This document shows positions 34,056 through 34,948 of a stretch of 34,948 nt of DNA, in pieces. How positions within the stretch are numbered: the stretch's first letter is position 1; every line of letters starts with the position of its first letter. The notes under the pieces were generated by a model. The model did not search any database. It worked only from the letters and a program-made list of their open reading frames with translations, and was not told the DNA's origin. Made by a program: the position numbers and the translations under genes. Source of the DNA: a virus (lineage: Duplodnaviria; Caudoviricetes); the IMG/VR virus record IMGVR_UViG_3300017716_002237, positions 1-34,948 of that record. One strand, 5' to 3'.

Positions 34056-34322
34056 ATGGACACACAATCAAAACTTCAGCTAGCATACATGCTGGCGCCA
34101 TTATGTACCTTTTTTGGTATTGCATTTTCGGATTTTTTAAACGAACGTTTCCTATTGCATCTAGGAAAAGCCGCCCCTAAACCTTTTGGTTGTGGGTATT
34201 GCATGGCTTTCTGGATAGGTATGTTCTCTTCGTTTTACTTTGGGTTAGGCGTAATCGGTATATTTACTGGTTGCTTAGCAGCGATTTTGACCATTGTTGT
34301 AACCAAGCACTTAGAGAAGTAA
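34056..34322 (+). CDS. Small membrane protein with CxxC (DUF1360-like)
   Basis: KPFGCGYCMAFWIG between hydrophobic segments. Confidence 0.6.
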   Translation: MDTQSKLQLAYMLAPLCTFFGIAFSDFLNERFLLHLGKAAPKPFGCGYCMAFWIGMFSSFYFGLGVIGIFTGCLAAILTIVVTKHLEK

Positions 34323-34324
34323 AC

Positions 34325-34783
34325 ATGAAGACACTAACAGATATCGAAAAACTGGAGGTTATAGAACTCCTGATGCATTTAGAAGAGAAGCACGAAGATT
34401 TCGTAAAGCTTCAGTACAGCAAGTTTACAGCATTCGACTATGAGCACATCAAAGACGCTATCCATATTATTGCAGGCTTTAGACCAAAGTCTAGTAATTG
34501 TGTTCCGTGTATGTCGGATAATATCAAGATAGCATTCTTCCATTACGGGAAGATTAAGCACGAGCTCAATGCTAAGGCAGTAAAAAACTATATATCAACA
34601 ACAATTAAACACATAGATTTAGGAGGAAACGAAAATGGCGAAAGTAGTAAAGAAAACTCTGGACAAAACAAGCAAGGAAACAAAGCCTCTGTTGAATCCA
34701 GCACCCAAAACAGAACAGACACCTCAAATGGTGGAGGAAAATCAAAACAGCCTATCAGAAAACAACGAGGTTTTGGCAATTGA
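34325..34783 (+). CDS. Hypothetical protein with CxxC
   Basis: Track ORF 34190..34783 with the start moved to ATG 34325, just after the upstream stop. Contains SNCVPC. Confidence 0.6.
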   Translation: MKTLTDIEKLEVIELLMHLEEKHEDFVKLQYSKFTAFDYEHIKDAIHIIAGFRPKSSNCVPCMSDNIKIAFFHYGKIKHELNAKAVKNYISTTIKHIDLGGNENGESSKENSGQNKQGNKASVESSTQNRTDTSNGGGKSKQPIRKQRGFGN

Positions 34784-34948
34784 AAGCGTTCCAGTAACGC
34801 TTGAAATTTCTACAGAAACCCCTGTAAAGAAAGGAAAAGTTGGAAAACCTAGAATTATAGGTTCTCCAGACGACTTATGGGCACTATTTATACAGTATAA
34901 ACAATGGGTTATAGATAATCCATTTTATATACAAGACTATGTAGGTGG
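34635..34948 (+). CDS. terS: Terminase small subunit, 5' part (wraps to 451; about 213 aa if this ATG is used)
   Basis: ATG 34635 follows AGGAGG at 34621. The frame is open to the contig end and continues in frame through the terminal repeat. Confidence 0.7.
   Translation, partial: MAKVVKKTLDKTSKETKPLLNPAPKTEQTPQMVEENQNSLSENNEVLAIESVPVTLEISTETPVKKGKVGKPRIIGSPDDLWALFIQYKQWVIDNPFYIQDYVG
34826..34948. repeat. Terminal direct repeat, right copy (identical to 1..123)
   Basis: Direct sequence identity with the window start. Confidence 0.97.

Noticed and set aside
524-34779. Numerous minus-strand ORFs in the track
   Set aside because: They are shadows of well-supported + strand genes and lack motifs or leaders. 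Only 11660..11911 has a plausible leader, and it is listed as a finding.
34826-34948. 123-bp terminal repeat as a biological DTR
   Set aside because: It falls inside the terS coding sequence and is best explained as assembler overlap of a circular or permuted genome.
1-34948. Stop-codon reassignment
   Set aside because: Genes tile densely under code 11, and TAA, TAG and TGA all end genes at sensible boundaries.

Overview
The window is an apparently complete, circularly assembled genome of a tailed dsDNA phage (siphovirus-like; 34,825 bp unique plus a 123-bp terminal duplication). The host is most likely in the Bacteroidota, judged from TAnnTTTG-type promoters, A/C-rich SD-less leaders, and DUF4373- and DUF5675-like genes. 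Essentially all genes are on the + strand. The late module runs: sigma-like factor, terS (split across the contig ends), terL, tail chaperone with a -1 frameshift, tail proteins, tape measure, prohead protease, scaffold, capsid, tail tube, portal, adaptor, RBP-like gene and lysis cassette. The early module holds small unknown genes, DUF932, an RHH regulator, an SSAP and YqaJ exonuclease, a DnaA-C-domain protein, a replication initiator with an internal iteron origin, and a primase-helicase. I recognise no integrase, DNA polymerase, DHFR, tRNA or CRISPR array. The most striking feature is a four-gene nucleotide cluster (DUF6378-like, SAM methyltransferase, thymidylate-synthase-fold/MazG fusion, dCMP deaminase). 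Its TS-fold enzyme looks cytosine-specific and has lost its folate-related residues, which suggests an undescribed SAM-dependent, folate-independent route to 5-methyl-dCMP/dTMP or a new base modification. All family assignments come from motif recognition by eye, not from database searches.
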